Part shown: one piece after another, positions 11,081-21,544 of the stretch
Layout of the letters: each line of letters opens with the position of its first letter
Position numbering within the stretch: the first letter of the stretch is position 1
Assembly (NCBI GenBank): GCA_963692865.2
Contig: OY843592.1
Location: forward strand, 2,176,001-2,240,000
Source: a bacterium
GTDB taxonomy: Bacteria > UBA8248
Direction: 5' to 3'
DNA: 64,000 nucleotides
Program-made: the position numbers and the translations under genes
Notes under the pieces: generated by a model
What the model was told of the DNA's origin: nothing
The model's database searches: none
What the model saw: only the letters and a program-made list of their open reading frames with translations

Positions 11081-11938
11081 ATGCAGATCACGCCGCGCGT
11101 ACATTGCCTCTGGCTGGAATTCGAAATCAAGACGCCCGCGGGCGAGCGGATTCCCCGGTTCGTCACGTCCTACGTCCTCGCGGGCGATACGCTCACCCTG
11201 ATCGACACGGGCGTCGCCGCAACCGCGCCGGATATTTACGCCTACGTCGAATCCATCGGCAGGAAGCCCGAGGAGATTGCGCGCGTCCTGCTCACGCACT
11301 CCCATTTCGACCACATCGGCGGAAACGGCCTGATCGCCGAGCGGGCGGGACCTGAATTTTTCGGCCCTGAGGCGGAGAGGCGGATGATCGAGGATCTGGA
11401 TTACCAGCACAGGGTCCGCCCGGTGGGGAGGATGCGCGATGCGGTGTCGGGCCCCGTGAAGCTCGCCGGTTTTCTCGCCGCAGGCGATGAGATATCGCCG
11501 GGCGGCGTGGCGGTTCGGGTGATTCACACGCCGGGGCATTCGGCGGGGAGCCTCTCTTTCTTCATCCCAGAGGACGGCGCGCTCATCTCAGGCGACGTGC
11601 TGCCCGAACCCGGCACGCTGCCGATTTACGAGAGCGTGGCGGACACGCTGGCGAGTCTTGAAAGGCTCAAGGCGCTTGGTGGCGTGAGCGTCCTGCTCTC
11701 CGCCATGAGCCGGAAAGTCTCGCGTGATGAGGGGGTATCACGACACATCGAAAGCGGGGCGGGGTATCTCAAGGAAATCGACGCGCTGGTGCGGGAGGCC
11801 GCAGCGCAGAAGGGGAGGGACGTTTCGCCCCAGGAGGCGGCGGAGTTCGTTTTCGAGCGGTTGAACCTCCCGCGCGCCGGCCTGATCCCCGTCGTCCTGC
11901 GCAGCATGAAGGCCCATCTGGACGAGGGGCCGATATAA
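11081..11938 (+). CDS. Metallo-beta-lactamase fold hydrolase
   Basis: LIDTG, THSHFDHIGG, TPGHS, ISGD. Confidence 0.9.
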   Translation: MQITPRVHCLWLEFEIKTPAGERIPRFVTSYVLAGDTLTLIDTGVAATAPDIYAYVESIGRKPEEIARVLLTHSHFDHIGGNGLIAERAGPEFFGPEAERRMIEDLDYQHRVRPVGRMRDAVSGPVKLAGFLAAGDEISPGGVAVRVIHTPGHSAGSLSFFIPEDGALISGDVLPEPGTLPIYESVADTLASLERLKALGGVSVLLSAMSRKVSRDEGVSRHIESGAGYLKEIDALVREAAAQKGRDVSPQEAAEFVFERLNLPRAGLIPVVLRSMKAHLDEGPI

Positions 11939-11980
11939 TAATATGCGTTTTCCGACACCTGACACACGAGGAGCCTGGGC

Positions 11981-13270
11981 TTGAGCCTGCACCTGTACTT
12001 GAGGAGTTTCGAGACGCCGCTCGGCGAGAGGGGAAAAGACGACCTCTGGCGCGAGAAGAGAGACATGCTCGACGACGCAGCCGGGTGCGCCGAACTGATA
12101 GCGCGCTACCAGGACGGGCCGGGCGAGCCCTGGTTCGCGGCGGAGCGCGCGGACGTCGCCGGGATGGCGGCGAAACTCGCGGCGGCGGAGGGGAAGGAGC
12201 ACGTCGTCGTCGTCGGAAACGGGGGGTCGATACGGAACGTATGGGCGCTCTATCTGGCGTTCTCAGAGCGTGGATTCGCCCGAAAGCTGCACCTGCTCGA
12301 CGGCACGGACATGAGCGGGTTGTTGGGAGAACTCCTGAGCGAAGGCGGCGCGTTGAATCAGGAGAGCACGCTCATCGTCCCCGTGAGCAAGTCCGGCGAG
12401 ACCGAGAACGTGATTCAGGAGACGGCCCTCCTGATGGAGCGCGGCTATCCGGCGCTTGCGATCACCTCATCCGGCCCGAGCAAGCTGGCCGGGATGGTCA
12501 ATGAGGCGAATCTCGAGGTCTTCCCGCATCCCGACGAGGTGGGCGGGCGCTTCACCGCCGCGCAGAACAACGCGCTCCTGCCCCTCGCGATGCTGGACGG
12601 GAACACCGCCCTGGCCTGCGAGATAGACTTAAGCTTCGCCGCCGCCCACGAGAAACTTAATACTTCCGCGCCCCTGAGCGGGAACATGGCGAAGCGTCTC
12701 GCGCTCGGACTCTGGCGGGCGGAGAGAGCCGGCTACACGGAGGTCTTCATGCCGATTTACGCCCATGCGCTATCGGGCGCGGGGGAGCTCATCGTGCAGC
12801 TCGTGCATGAGAGCTACTGCAAGGCAGGGCGGGGGCAGACGATTCTCGCAGCGGGCGCGCCCGAGAGCCAGCACCACACGAACCAGAGGTATTTCGGCGG
12901 GCGGGAGAACGTGGTGGGGCTGTCTATATGCGTCGGGAGCTTCGGGGCGGATGAGGCCCTCGCGGGCGGGGTTTCCTGTACGGAGTTTTTGCAGATGGAG
13001 CACGCGGGCGTCGCCGCGGAAGCCGAGCGCAGGGGGACGCCCCACATGGTGTTGACGCTCGATTCCCTCGCCGTCCCCGACGTGTGCGGCCTGATCGCGC
13101 TCTGGCAGTGGGCGGCGGTCTACGGCGGTCTCCTTCGCGGGGTGAACCCCTTCGATCAGCCCGCGGTGGAGGGCAGCAAGCAGGCCACGATCCGGATGTT
13201 CGAGAATTTTGATGAGGAGACGAAGGCGAGTCTCACGCGGTTTACCCGGGATGCGGGGTATCGGTTGTAG
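11981..13270 (+). CDS. pgi: Glucose-6-phosphate isomerase-like SIS-domain protein (divergent)
   Basis: GNGGS, SKSGETE, VGGRFT, QHH..Q, NPFDQPAVEGSK. Confidence 0.75.
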   Translation: MSLHLYLRSFETPLGERGKDDLWREKRDMLDDAAGCAELIARYQDGPGEPWFAAERADVAGMAAKLAAAEGKEHVVVVGNGGSIRNVWALYLAFSERGFARKLHLLDGTDMSGLLGELLSEGGALNQESTLIVPVSKSGETENVIQETALLMERGYPALAITSSGPSKLAGMVNEANLEVFPHPDEVGGRFTAAQNNALLPLAMLDGNTALACEIDLSFAAAHEKLNTSAPLSGNMAKRLALGLWRAERAGYTEVFMPIYAHALSGAGELIVQLVHESYCKAGRGQTILAAGAPESQHHTNQRYFGGRENVVGLSICVGSFGADEALAGGVSCTEFLQMEHAGVAAEAERRGTPHMVLTLDSLAVPDVCGLIALWQWAAVYGGLLRGVNPFDQPAVEGSKQATIRMFENFDEETKASLTRFTRDAGYRL

Positions 13271-13970
13271 GGGCGAAATGAAGAACTATAGCAGGGGCAG
13301 GCCCCCGCGCCTGTCCGGGGTCGCGACCTGCCCCTACGGATGAAACCATCTCGCATTCATTGAAACCGAGCCCGTAGGGACAACCCTCCGTGGTTGTCCC
13401 CTTTTCGAATGGACGACATCGGACAGGCACGGGGGCCTGTCCCTACAGAAGAGCTACGACTTTACGCAATCTTTTCCTCACCAACCGGAATTAACCACAA
13501 AAAGTCGTCATTCCGGCGCATGAGCAGTTTTGACATTCACTCCCCCCTTGGGGGTCGGTCTCCCTTGGGGAAGACCGACGGTGAGGTGAGGGGGTTTTCC
13601 CCCGAAACCGAACCGGTGGGGGGAGATTTTCATTTAGAATCGTCCCCCCACGCATCAGCCTTCGCACAAACCGCTCGGCTTCCGCTACTCCCCCTCAAGG
13701 GGTTGTTGAAAAAGCCGGAGAGAGACAATTTGTTTGTAGGTCAGACATATATGTCTGACATATCATGCGACCCTGATTTTCGCCTCCACAAGGCGGGCCG
13801 CATGATATGCGGCCCCTACAAAAACCGTTCCTCCCCGGTCAGGTGAAACATTCGTTCATCAGGACTTTTTCAACAGCCCCCTCAAGGGGGGAGTGAAATT
13901 CAAAAGCGTACACGCAACCCAAAATCGCTTCCCGGGGCTTTTCCACTCCCCACATGCGACCCCTACAATT
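13266..13970. repeat. Composite repeat cluster: GTAG REP hairpins plus TIR MITE 13699-13880 flanked by duplicated CTCAA
   Basis: GTAGGGACAACC..GGTTGTCCC; CTCAA|GGGGTTGTTGAAAAA...TTTTTCAACAGCCCC|CTCAA. Confidence 0.85.
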
Positions 13971-14003
13971 TGGATGACAACCTCTCCGCCCTGCGCTCCA
14001 GGG

Positions 14004-14945
14004 CTACTCCTCCCCCCGCTTCGGCGCCTTCAAGGGCAGCCCCAGCACGCGGGCGGGGTTCTTGTGGAGCATCGTCTCTATCTCGCGGGGCTTGATTCCG
14101 TTCTCGAGCAAGAGCTGAACGAACACGCGCAGGCCCTCCCAGGGGGGCGCGTTGTGTAGCTGTCCCAGGTCGGTGGAGAGGATCGTGCGCGCGGGGCCGA
14201 CGGCCTTCACCATCTTCGCCTGCTCGCGCACGGAGATGGGCGGGGCGTTCTCATCCGTGGGGTATGCGCCCCAATGCGTGAAGCAGAAGATCGCCAGATG
14301 CTCGATGTAGGCCCCCATTTTTGCGAACTCCACCTGTTCTTCTATGGAGGCGTCCACGATGTACTCGGGATGCTGCACGATGATGTGCTTCACGCCCTCT
14401 TCTTTCGCGAGGGGGATGAGCGCGCGCACCTCCTCCACGTCCAGGTGCCCCGTGCTCAGGCAGATTCCCGCATCGGCGATGAGCTTGCAGATCGTCCTCA
14501 CATCAGGATGTATTTTCGTGCGCTTCTTGTCGGAGAAGATGGTGAGTCCCTGCTCTTTAAGCTTGACGCCCCTGGTCTGCTTCATACCCGGGAAATGCGG
14601 CGCGCCGAGTTTTTGGAGATGGTTTTTTGAACTGATGGTGGGCATCCACACCATCTTGGCCCCCATCTTGATGGCGGTGTCCACCGCGAAGGGGTTGAAC
14701 CCGCCCACCGGGCTGTTGAGCGCGACCCCCCCGTAGATTTCGATGGCGTCGCCCATCACCTCGCGCACGATGGGGATGCGGCCCGACGTGTCGCCGTGGT
14801 GAATCTTGAACACCACGCCGCGCATGCCCACCGACGCCGCCCCGCGCGCGCACTCGATGTGGTCGCAGACGCGCGGGAACAGGCTGGGCGATGCGTGGAT
14901 GTGGGTGTCGATCGCGCCGTGAAGCAGCCTCTGGTCTTCTCTCAT
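14004..14945 (-). CDS. Metal-dependent TIM-barrel (amidohydrolase-like, DUF6282-type) protein
   Basis: IDTHIHASP, VWMPT, TGH, STDLGQ, NPARVLG. Confidence 0.75.
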   Translation of the reverse strand: MREDQRLLHGAIDTHIHASPSLFPRVCDHIECARGAASVGMRGVVFKIHHGDTSGRIPIVREVMGDAIEIYGGVALNSPVGGFNPFAVDTAIKMGAKMVWMPTISSKNHLQKLGAPHFPGMKQTRGVKLKEQGLTIFSDKKRTKIHPDVRTICKLIADAGICLSTGHLDVEEVRALIPLAKEEGVKHIIVQHPEYIVDASIEEQVEFAKMGAYIEHLAIFCFTHWGAYPTDENAPPISVREQAKMVKAVGPARTILSTDLGQLHNAPPWEGLRVFVQLLLENGIKPREIETMLHKNPARVLGLPLKAPKRGEE

Positions 14946-15135
14946 ACTGTTCCTTTCCGAATTTTGTGTGGCCTATTCGTTAAAGCTACAGAATTGCCGT
15001 CGTTCGGGCAACGCGATTCGCTCTTTCACCCCACAGGCGTTGCGGCTATAGTATCCGCCGTTCCCATTAGAATGAACGAGCGCAGGACAGCGATTCAATA
15101 TTGATGAAATTCTTGAATGAAAGGAGCAGCGCAGG

Positions 15136-15945
15136 ATGAAAATCGGTTATGTGGTTGCAACCCCCGACGTGACGACGCCGCTCATGCCCGCGGTGCGCGG
15201 CGCGTTCCGGGACAATCTCATGTTTTTGAGGGATTTGGGCTTCGACGGCGTGGAGCTCGCGACGCGCGACGCGGAGGCATTCGATCGCGACGAGCTTCGC
15301 CGCACGCTCGAGGAAACGGGTCTCGAAGTCTCCCTCATCGGCACGGCGCCGATCTCCTATCAGGACGAGATCGAAATCTGCCACGCAGACGCCGACGTGC
15401 GCGCCGAGGCTATCGAGCGCCTTTTCGGCCACATCGACTTAGGGGGCGAACTCGGCTGTCCGGTGAACATCGGCCGCTTCCGGGGGAATTTTCTGGAAGA
15501 CGAGCGAAGGGCGGCGTCCGAAACCTGGATGTGGGACGGACTGCGCGCGGGCGCTGACAGGGCGGGGGAGCGCGGCATCAAGATGCTCTTCGAGCCGCAC
15601 CACCGCTTCAACACGAACTTCGTGCGCTCGACGAGAGAGGGTCTCGCGTTTCTCGACGAGATGGACCACGAGGCGGTGGGTTTCCTGATCGACAGCTTCC
15701 ACATGAACATCGAGGACGCCTCTTTCTCGGGCGCGATCCGCGAGGCGGGCGACAGGATCGACTACTTCCACGTCGCCGACAACATGCGCACCTACCCGGG
15801 TTCGGGCCACATTCCCTTCGACGAGATTATCGGAGCACTCAAGGAGGTGGGCTATGCGGGCTTTCTCTCGGCCCAGCTCGCCCAGAAGCCCGACTTCGAG
15901 ACGGCGGCGACGAAGACGATAGAGTATCTGAGAGCGCGGTTGTAG
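15136..15945 (+). CDS. Sugar phosphate isomerase/epimerase (xylose-isomerase-like TIM barrel)
   Basis: GFDGVEL, EPHHRF, DSFHMNIE, HVADN.R.YPGSG. Confidence 0.85.
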   Translation: MKIGYVVATPDVTTPLMPAVRGAFRDNLMFLRDLGFDGVELATRDAEAFDRDELRRTLEETGLEVSLIGTAPISYQDEIEICHADADVRAEAIERLFGHIDLGGELGCPVNIGRFRGNFLEDERRAASETWMWDGLRAGADRAGERGIKMLFEPHHRFNTNFVRSTREGLAFLDEMDHEAVGFLIDSFHMNIEDASFSGAIREAGDRIDYFHVADNMRTYPGSGHIPFDEIIGALKEVGYAGFLSAQLAQKPDFETAATKTIEYLRARL

Positions 15946-15970
15946 GGATCGGGATTTTGGAGATGAAACG

Positions 15971-16735
15971 GTGATAAAACAGTTCAGGATGGACGGCCGC
16001 GTCGCCCTCGTTACGGGCGGCACGTCCGGTATCGGCCTGGCGATTGCGAAGGCGCTTGCGGACGCGGGCGCGAAGGTCGTGGTCGCGGGCCGCTCTCAAG
16101 AGCGAGGTGACGAGGCGCTCGAAGCCTTACGGTCGGATGGCCTCGACGCGCGGTTTCTCTCCTGCGACGTTGGAGACGCAGACTCGGTTTCCGCTCTCAT
16201 CAGAGAGGTGGTTTCCAGCTACGGGGGGCTGAACGTGATGGTGAACAGCGCCGCGATCAACATCGTGAAGCCCGCGCTCGACCACGCGCCCGAGGACGTG
16301 GACGCGCTCCTGGCCTCGAACGTGCGCGGCGCGTTTTTCTGCGCGCAGGAAGCCGCCCGGGTCATGGTCGAGCAGGGCGGGGGAAAGATAGTCCTGCTCA
16401 CCTCCATGGTGGCCGAGCGCGCCGTGCCGAACCAGGCCGTCTACGTCGCCACCAAGGGCGCGGTCGTCTCTCTGACGCGCGCGCTTGCGCTTGAGTGGGC
16501 GCCGCACGGCATCCAGGTGAACGCCCTGGGGCCGCAGCTCACCAGGACGCCGATGACGGGGGGGCTGTTCGCCAACCCCGAGAAGATGGCGGAGGTCCAC
16601 GCCCGAACGCCCGCGGGCCGCGCGGGGGTTCCTGAGGACTTGACGGGCGCGGCGCTTTTCCTGTGCTCGGCGGCTTCTGATTACCTCACCGGACAGCACA
16701 TCGTGGTGGACGGCGGCCGCGGCGCCGCGGGGTGA
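15971..16735 (+). CDS. SDR family oxidoreductase
   Basis: TGGTSGIG, YVATK, VDGG. Confidence 0.92.
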   Translation: MIKQFRMDGRVALVTGGTSGIGLAIAKALADAGAKVVVAGRSQERGDEALEALRSDGLDARFLSCDVGDADSVSALIREVVSSYGGLNVMVNSAAINIVKPALDHAPEDVDALLASNVRGAFFCAQEAARVMVEQGGGKIVLLTSMVAERAVPNQAVYVATKGAVVSLTRALALEWAPHGIQVNALGPQLTRTPMTGGLFANPEKMAEVHARTPAGRAGVPEDLTGAALFLCSAASDYLTGQHIVVDGGRGAAG

Positions 16736-16769
16736 TGTTGGGCGGAAACCGGCAGCCCCCGCGCCTGTC
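16664..16769 (+). repeat. 106-bp direct repeat copy 1 (3' end of SDR gene plus downstream sequence)
   Basis: Matches 17922-18027 with one mismatch. Confidence 0.95.
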
Positions 16770-16896
16770 CTTTATGCGGCATCCTGACAAAGGACAACCA
16801 CGGGGGCAGGACAACCCCGAGGAGGGTTTGTCCCTACCATGTCGGCAAGGCACTTGGCCGTTATTTGCGGTTTTGCAGAGAGCCGCGCGTTCTTTT

Positions 16897-17259
16897 TTAG
16901 CTTCCGGCTTTCTTCCCTTCGCCCGAGTGGGGTTGCTTCTTTATTTTCGGGGAGGGGGTGTCGGCTAAATTCTGTTTCACGGAAGGGAGTTTGAGACCGC
17001 GGGCCGCGGGGTTCGCCCATTCTTCTACTTTCGTCATGCGATTCTCGATTCCGGTCATGCGCTCCTCGAGCCTCATCATGCGATTCTCGATTCTTGTCAT
17101 GCGACCTTCCACCTTCGTCATGCGATCTTCGATTCCCTTAAGCCTTTCGTCGACCCTTCCGATCTGCTCGCGGATATCTCCCATTCCGCTGTGGGTCATA
17201 CTGGAGACTATGACAATCGTCAGCACGACGCCCAGAAACCCGATCCACGTGTCTTTCAT
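16897..17259 (-). CDS. Small membrane-anchored coiled-coil protein with 7-aa tandem repeats
   Basis: N-terminal TM helix, then RMTKVEG/RMTRIEN/RMMRLEE/RMTGIEN/RMTKVEE repeats; AGGAGG RBS. Confidence 0.7.
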   Translation of the reverse strand: MKDTWIGFLGVVLTIVIVSSMTHSGMGDIREQIGRVDERLKGIEDRMTKVEGRMTRIENRMMRLEERMTGIENRMTKVEEWANPAARGLKLPSVKQNLADTPSPKIKKQPHSGEGKKAGS

Positions 17260-17383
17260 GCGAATCCTCCTTGGGTCCTGGGGTATGTGTCAGCCCTCGC
17301 GCCCGCACTGGCGGGGATCAAGAGAAAATATCGCAATTCGGGCGGCAATGGTCAACAGTCCGTATTTTTGGGGAGGGCGGCTT

Positions 17384-17917
17384 TTATTTCGCGGGCTGCC
17401 ACTCCTCCACGCGCATCAGCACTTCGGTCCGCTCCCAGGGCACCATCCGCTCTTCCAGGATACCCCGTAGTTTCAAGGCCATCTTGCGGACTTTCTTGTT
17501 CTTTGCATGAATAGAGGCCAATAATGTCCACTTATATGCCTCCGCGTCGCTTTTAGGGACACCCCTGCCTTCGGCGTACATGAATCCGAGGTTGAATTGT
17601 GCGCGGGCGTCGCCCTTCTCCGCCTCCTTGCGATACCACTTAATGGCCTCGGGGTAGTTTTTGGGGACGCCCCTACCTTGGGCGCGCATTTCGTGAAAGG
17701 CGATTTGCGCGTAGGTGTTGCCCTTCTCCGCCGCCTTGCGAAGCCACTTGAGGGCTTCTAGGTCGTTTTTGGAGACACCCCCGCCTTGGGCGTACATGAG
17801 TCCGAGGGCAATTTGCGCGCCGGCGTTACCCTTCTCTGCGGCCTTTCGGTACCACTCGGCAGCCTCCGTGTCGCTTTTGGTGACACCCTTGCCTCTGGCG
17901 TATTGGAATCCGAGCAT
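17384..17917 (-). pseudogene. Sel1-like repeat protein, probably 5'-truncated
   Basis: Repeats of type AQxxLGxMYxxGxGVxKxxxEAxxWyRKAAExG. The ORF begins mid-repeat at the edge of the 106-bp duplication, with an in-frame stop 7 codons upstream. Confidence 0.75.
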
Positions 17918-17921
17918 GAGT

Positions 17922-18027
17922 TGCTCGGCGGCTTCTGATTACCTCACCGGACAGCACATCGTGGTGGACGGCGGCCGCGGCGCCGCGGGGTGATGTTGGG
18001 CGGAAACCGGCAGCCCCTGCGCCTGTC
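17922..18027 (+). repeat. 106-bp direct repeat copy 2 (duplicate of SDR 3' end)
   Basis: Encodes CSAASDYLTGQHIVVDGGRGAAG*, identical to the SDR C-terminus. Confidence 0.95.
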
Positions 18028-18029
18028 TT

Positions 18030-18365
18030 GGTGAGGGACAACCTCAGAAGTGGTAGGGACAGGTCGCGACCTGTCCCTACAGATTCAAAGGGCATTAAAT
18101 TACTCCCCCCTTGAGGGGGAGTCAGTGAGCTGAGGGCGTTAGCCCGAAAGCGAACTGGTGGGGGGTATAACTAGAAATGCACAATGAAACGCGATCCACC
18201 CCCCACCGCATCAGCCTTCGCACAAACCGCTTGGCTTCTGCGACTCCCCCTCAAGGGGGGAGTGAAATTCAGCGCGCTTCTTCTGTGGATTTTTTCATCG
18301 ACCCCATAAATGCGACCTTTGGCTTGGAACGAAGGGCGGGCCGCATGCTATGCGGCCCCTACAAA
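18030..18365. repeat. GTAG REP hairpin plus intact palindromic element ACTCCCCCCTTGAGGGGG...CCCCCTCAAGGGGGGAGT (18102-18264)
   Basis: GTAGGGACAGGTCGCGACCTGTCCCTAC; long terminal inverted repeats. Confidence 0.85.
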
Positions 18366-18395
18366 CAATTCAGTTCGCATCCATCCTCACTACAC

Positions 18396-20165
18396 CTACT
18401 CCCCCTCTTTCGGCGGGATGACGGGCAGGAGCAGGTAGGGGTCGCGCCCGGAGCCTGCGTGCAGGGTGACCTTGTTGTCGAAGACCGCGGGCGGCCTGTC
18501 GTCGGGGTCGTTGTGCGTCATGCCGCCCGTTCCCCTCGTGGAGTAGTGGAACTGCTTGGCGAACTCGTTGGGCTCGCCCGTGTATTCATAATCCTTACCG
18601 CGCACGGTGAGCGCCACCCGCCAGCCGGCGGGCACGACGATGCACGAGGTGACGATCTCCACGTCGCACTCGTACGCCTCGCCCGGCTTGAGCAGCTCCG
18701 CCTTGTCGTGCGGATGGTAGGGCCGGTAGAACGCGCTCTTCTCGGGATCGAGGGCGCGGTGCGAGACGCGCAGCCAGCCGTTCGCAATCGGCGTGTGCGG
18801 GTCGGTGGAGCCCATGAAGGTGAGTTCTTTGCCCTCGGGGTCGAACACGCGGACGATGAGGAAGAGGTCCGCGTCCTCGGTGGATGAGGAGACGAAGAGC
18901 TTTGCCGCCATGGGGCCCGTGATCTCGGTTTCCGCCTCCATCGGGGGCATCCAGAAAGTCACGCCCTCACCCATGCCGTCGTATTCGAGGCTCGCTTCCC
19001 CTGCTGCGGGTTCGGTGCTGAGCGCCTCGTTCTCCAGATCGAGATAGAACTTCGTCCACTGCGTGCGCGCCAGGGGCCATTCGTTCTCGTAGCGGTGGAC
19101 GAACTTCGGCCCCGGGTGGCGGACGTTGAGCGCGACCGGCGGGGTCTTCTCCCAGCCGTTGTCGATCCCTTTCAGGAAATGGTCGAAAAAGCGCTTCTGG
19201 AGGTCCAGCCCGTAGGCGCTGGAGAACAGCGACCAGTGGGAATCGCCGTGGGCTTCGAGCCATTTCTGTTCCGAGGGCGATTCGATGAAGCCGTTGAAGT
19301 TCCCGCGCGGGTGGATGCCCTGTCCGCCCCAGTTGGCGCAGGTGAGGAGCGGGAGCGTTACCTTCGAGAGGTCGGCGGAGCGCTCCCGGTGCCACGGGCC
19401 GTCGAATGGGTGTTTCTTGAGTTCTTCGAAGGCGTTGACGCGGTTCTGGGCGAGTTGCTCTTCCGTGAGCGTGATGGGTCCCGCGGCGGATTCCCCCGTC
19501 ACGGGGTGTTTCCGCGCGTGCTCGCCGCGCCCGTACTGGACGTTCATCACCTGGACTTTCGACCACTGCTCCTGGAACTGGCTCAGGATGCCCCCGTGGT
19601 AGCCCGAATCGCGGTAGGTGTCGTTCCCGCCCTCCCAGGGGATGATGGCGGTAAGGTGGGGCGGCTTCCGGCCCGCGATTCGCCACTGGTTGCGCGCGTA
19701 GTAGGAGATGCCCAGCATCCCCACGTTGCCGTTGCTCCACTCCTGCGCGCCCGCCCACTCGATGCACTCGTAGAGGTCGTCGATCTCACGCGGCGAGTTG
19801 GGCTGCATGAAGCCGGGCGACCAGCCGGCCCCGCGCGAGTCCACGCGGATGCAGACGTAGCCGTGCGGAATCCAGCACTCGGGGTCCGTCACCTCCCAGT
19901 TCTGGTACTTGTTGGTGGACATTTCGAGGATTTCCGGATAATCCGCCACCATCTTGTTCCACTGGTGGTGATAGCCCTCCTGGTAGGCCACCCCCTTGGC
20001 GTAGATGCCGTAGGTCAGGATGACGGGGTATTTCCCCTCTTGGGTGGGCCGGAACACGTCGGCGCGAAGCACGAGGCCGTCGTCCATCTCGATGGGCTGG
20101 TGCCAGGTGATCCGCATTCCGTCGCGGTCCTCGGTGCGCGTGTTGACTCGGGGGGCCTCATTCAT
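18396..20165 (-). CDS. CocE/NonD family (S15) hydrolase
   Basis: LRADVFRP, DSRGAG.S, GISYY nucleophile motif, C-terminal PepX-like domain. Confidence 0.92.
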   Translation of the reverse strand: MNEAPRVNTRTEDRDGMRITWHQPIEMDDGLVLRADVFRPTQEGKYPVILTYGIYAKGVAYQEGYHHQWNKMVADYPEILEMSTNKYQNWEVTDPECWIPHGYVCIRVDSRGAGWSPGFMQPNSPREIDDLYECIEWAGAQEWSNGNVGMLGISYYARNQWRIAGRKPPHLTAIIPWEGGNDTYRDSGYHGGILSQFQEQWSKVQVMNVQYGRGEHARKHPVTGESAAGPITLTEEQLAQNRVNAFEELKKHPFDGPWHRERSADLSKVTLPLLTCANWGGQGIHPRGNFNGFIESPSEQKWLEAHGDSHWSLFSSAYGLDLQKRFFDHFLKGIDNGWEKTPPVALNVRHPGPKFVHRYENEWPLARTQWTKFYLDLENEALSTEPAAGEASLEYDGMGEGVTFWMPPMEAETEITGPMAAKLFVSSSTEDADLFLIVRVFDPEGKELTFMGSTDPHTPIANGWLRVSHRALDPEKSAFYRPYHPHDKAELLKPGEAYECDVEIVTSCIVVPAGWRVALTVRGKDYEYTGEPNEFAKQFHYSTRGTGGMTHNDPDDRPPAVFDNKVTLHAGSGRDPYLLLPVIPPKEGE

Positions 20166-20277
20166 GCGTGGTTCCTTTCAAATAGGGATTGATATCCTTG
20201 GGTTAACGGCTTCTTCTTGCCGATCAATTCATGAAGAATCCGCCGATGGAATTCATCATTTTCTCTCCAAAACCACT

Positions 20278-20478
20278 TTTCCCTTGAGGAGCTTGTTGAA
20301 AAAGCTGTCCCTCTCGCATCAACCACGTTTTACCCGTAGGTCGGACATATATGTCCGACATATCATGCGACCCGGCCTTTTTTCGCCTCTCCGGCGGCGG
20401 GCCGCATGATATGCGGCCCCTACAAACAAATTGTCTCTCTCCGGCTTTTTCAACAGCCCCCTCAAGGGGGGAGTGATT
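20278..20478. repeat. TIR MITE carrying a REP doublet
   Basis: TTGTTGAAAAA...TTTTTCAACAGCCCC; GTAGGTCGGACATATATGTCCGAC. Confidence 0.85.
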
Positions 20479-20533
20479 CTTCCTCCTTCATCGGTCGTGT
20501 CAAACTCTCGCTCATCGGGCCTGGTCGTCGCGC

Positions 20534-21244
20534 CTAGACGCTCACGGACTCGCCGGGCTCCAGGACGATTATCTCGGGCGAAAGACCTCGCGCCGCGACC
20601 TCTTCCGCGAACTGCCCGGGCGTGCCCGTGAGGATCGGGAAGGTCGAGTGGTGGACCGGCACGACGCGGCTCGCGCCCAGAAGCTCGACGGCGAGGGCCG
20701 CCTCGCGCGGGTCCATCGTGAAGCGGCTGCCGATGGGCAGGAGGCAGAGATCCGGCTGGTACAACTCGCCGATGATCTTCATGTCGCCGAACACGGCGGT
20801 GTCCCCCGCGTGGTAGACACGCTTTCCGTCCTCGAAGGTCATGACGAGGCCCGCCGGTTCGCCCGCGTAGACGCCCGGCTCGTTGAAGCTGGAGCTGTGC
20901 ATGGCGTGGGTTAAAGTCACGCCGATTCCGCCGAAATCCACCGTGCCGCCCTTGCCCATCGCGCCCGCGTGCTCCTCGGCGAAGCCCTCGTTTTGCGCGA
21001 TCAGGTTCACCAGCTCGTAGGGGCCCGCCACCGGGCATCCGCCCTGTCCGTATACGTCCATGACGGCGGCGATGTGGTCGAAGTGGCCGTGGGTCAAGGC
21101 GATCAGGTCCGCCTTCTGCGGGCTTTGGTGGCCCTCGGGGCAGCGCGGGTTCCCCTCCAGCCAGGGGTCGATGTAGAAGGTCTTGCCGCCGCCGGACTGG
21201 CCGACGAAAGTGGAATGTCCCAGATAAGTGAGAGTTGCGCCCAT
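20534..21244 (-). CDS. UPF0173-type metal-dependent hydrolase (MBL fold)
   Basis: YLGHS, IDPW, THGHFDH, YHAGDT, FTMDP; GGAGG RBS. Confidence 0.9.
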   Translation of the reverse strand: MGATLTYLGHSTFVGQSGGGKTFYIDPWLEGNPRCPEGHQSPQKADLIALTHGHFDHIAAVMDVYGQGGCPVAGPYELVNLIAQNEGFAEEHAGAMGKGGTVDFGGIGVTLTHAMHSSSFNEPGVYAGEPAGLVMTFEDGKRVYHAGDTAVFGDMKIIGELYQPDLCLLPIGSRFTMDPREAALAVELLGASRVVPVHHSTFPILTGTPGQFAEEVAARGLSPEIIVLEPGESVSV

Positions 21245-21544
21245 GATGATCCTCCGTATCGGTTTTCGGGGTTTCGGCATCCGCCGGAAGCGGCTTCGTC
21301 CGCGGCGTCGGTTTGTGTTCCAATGTCGTGAGAATCGAATGTCCGTTTCGGCGCATTATAGTCCCGATAATCTCCCGGCGAAAGAGTTTCAGGGCGATTC
21401 GCCGCAAGCGCGGCTTGGGGGGTCGGGCATCCCGGAGGGGAGTGCTTGATGAAAAAGTCCTTCAGGGGGAAGTGATGCCCCAAAGGGCGCCGTCCAATGC
21501 GGGAGGGTGTTTGTGCTCCTTGCTTTTGATCGTGGCGGGCGTCG

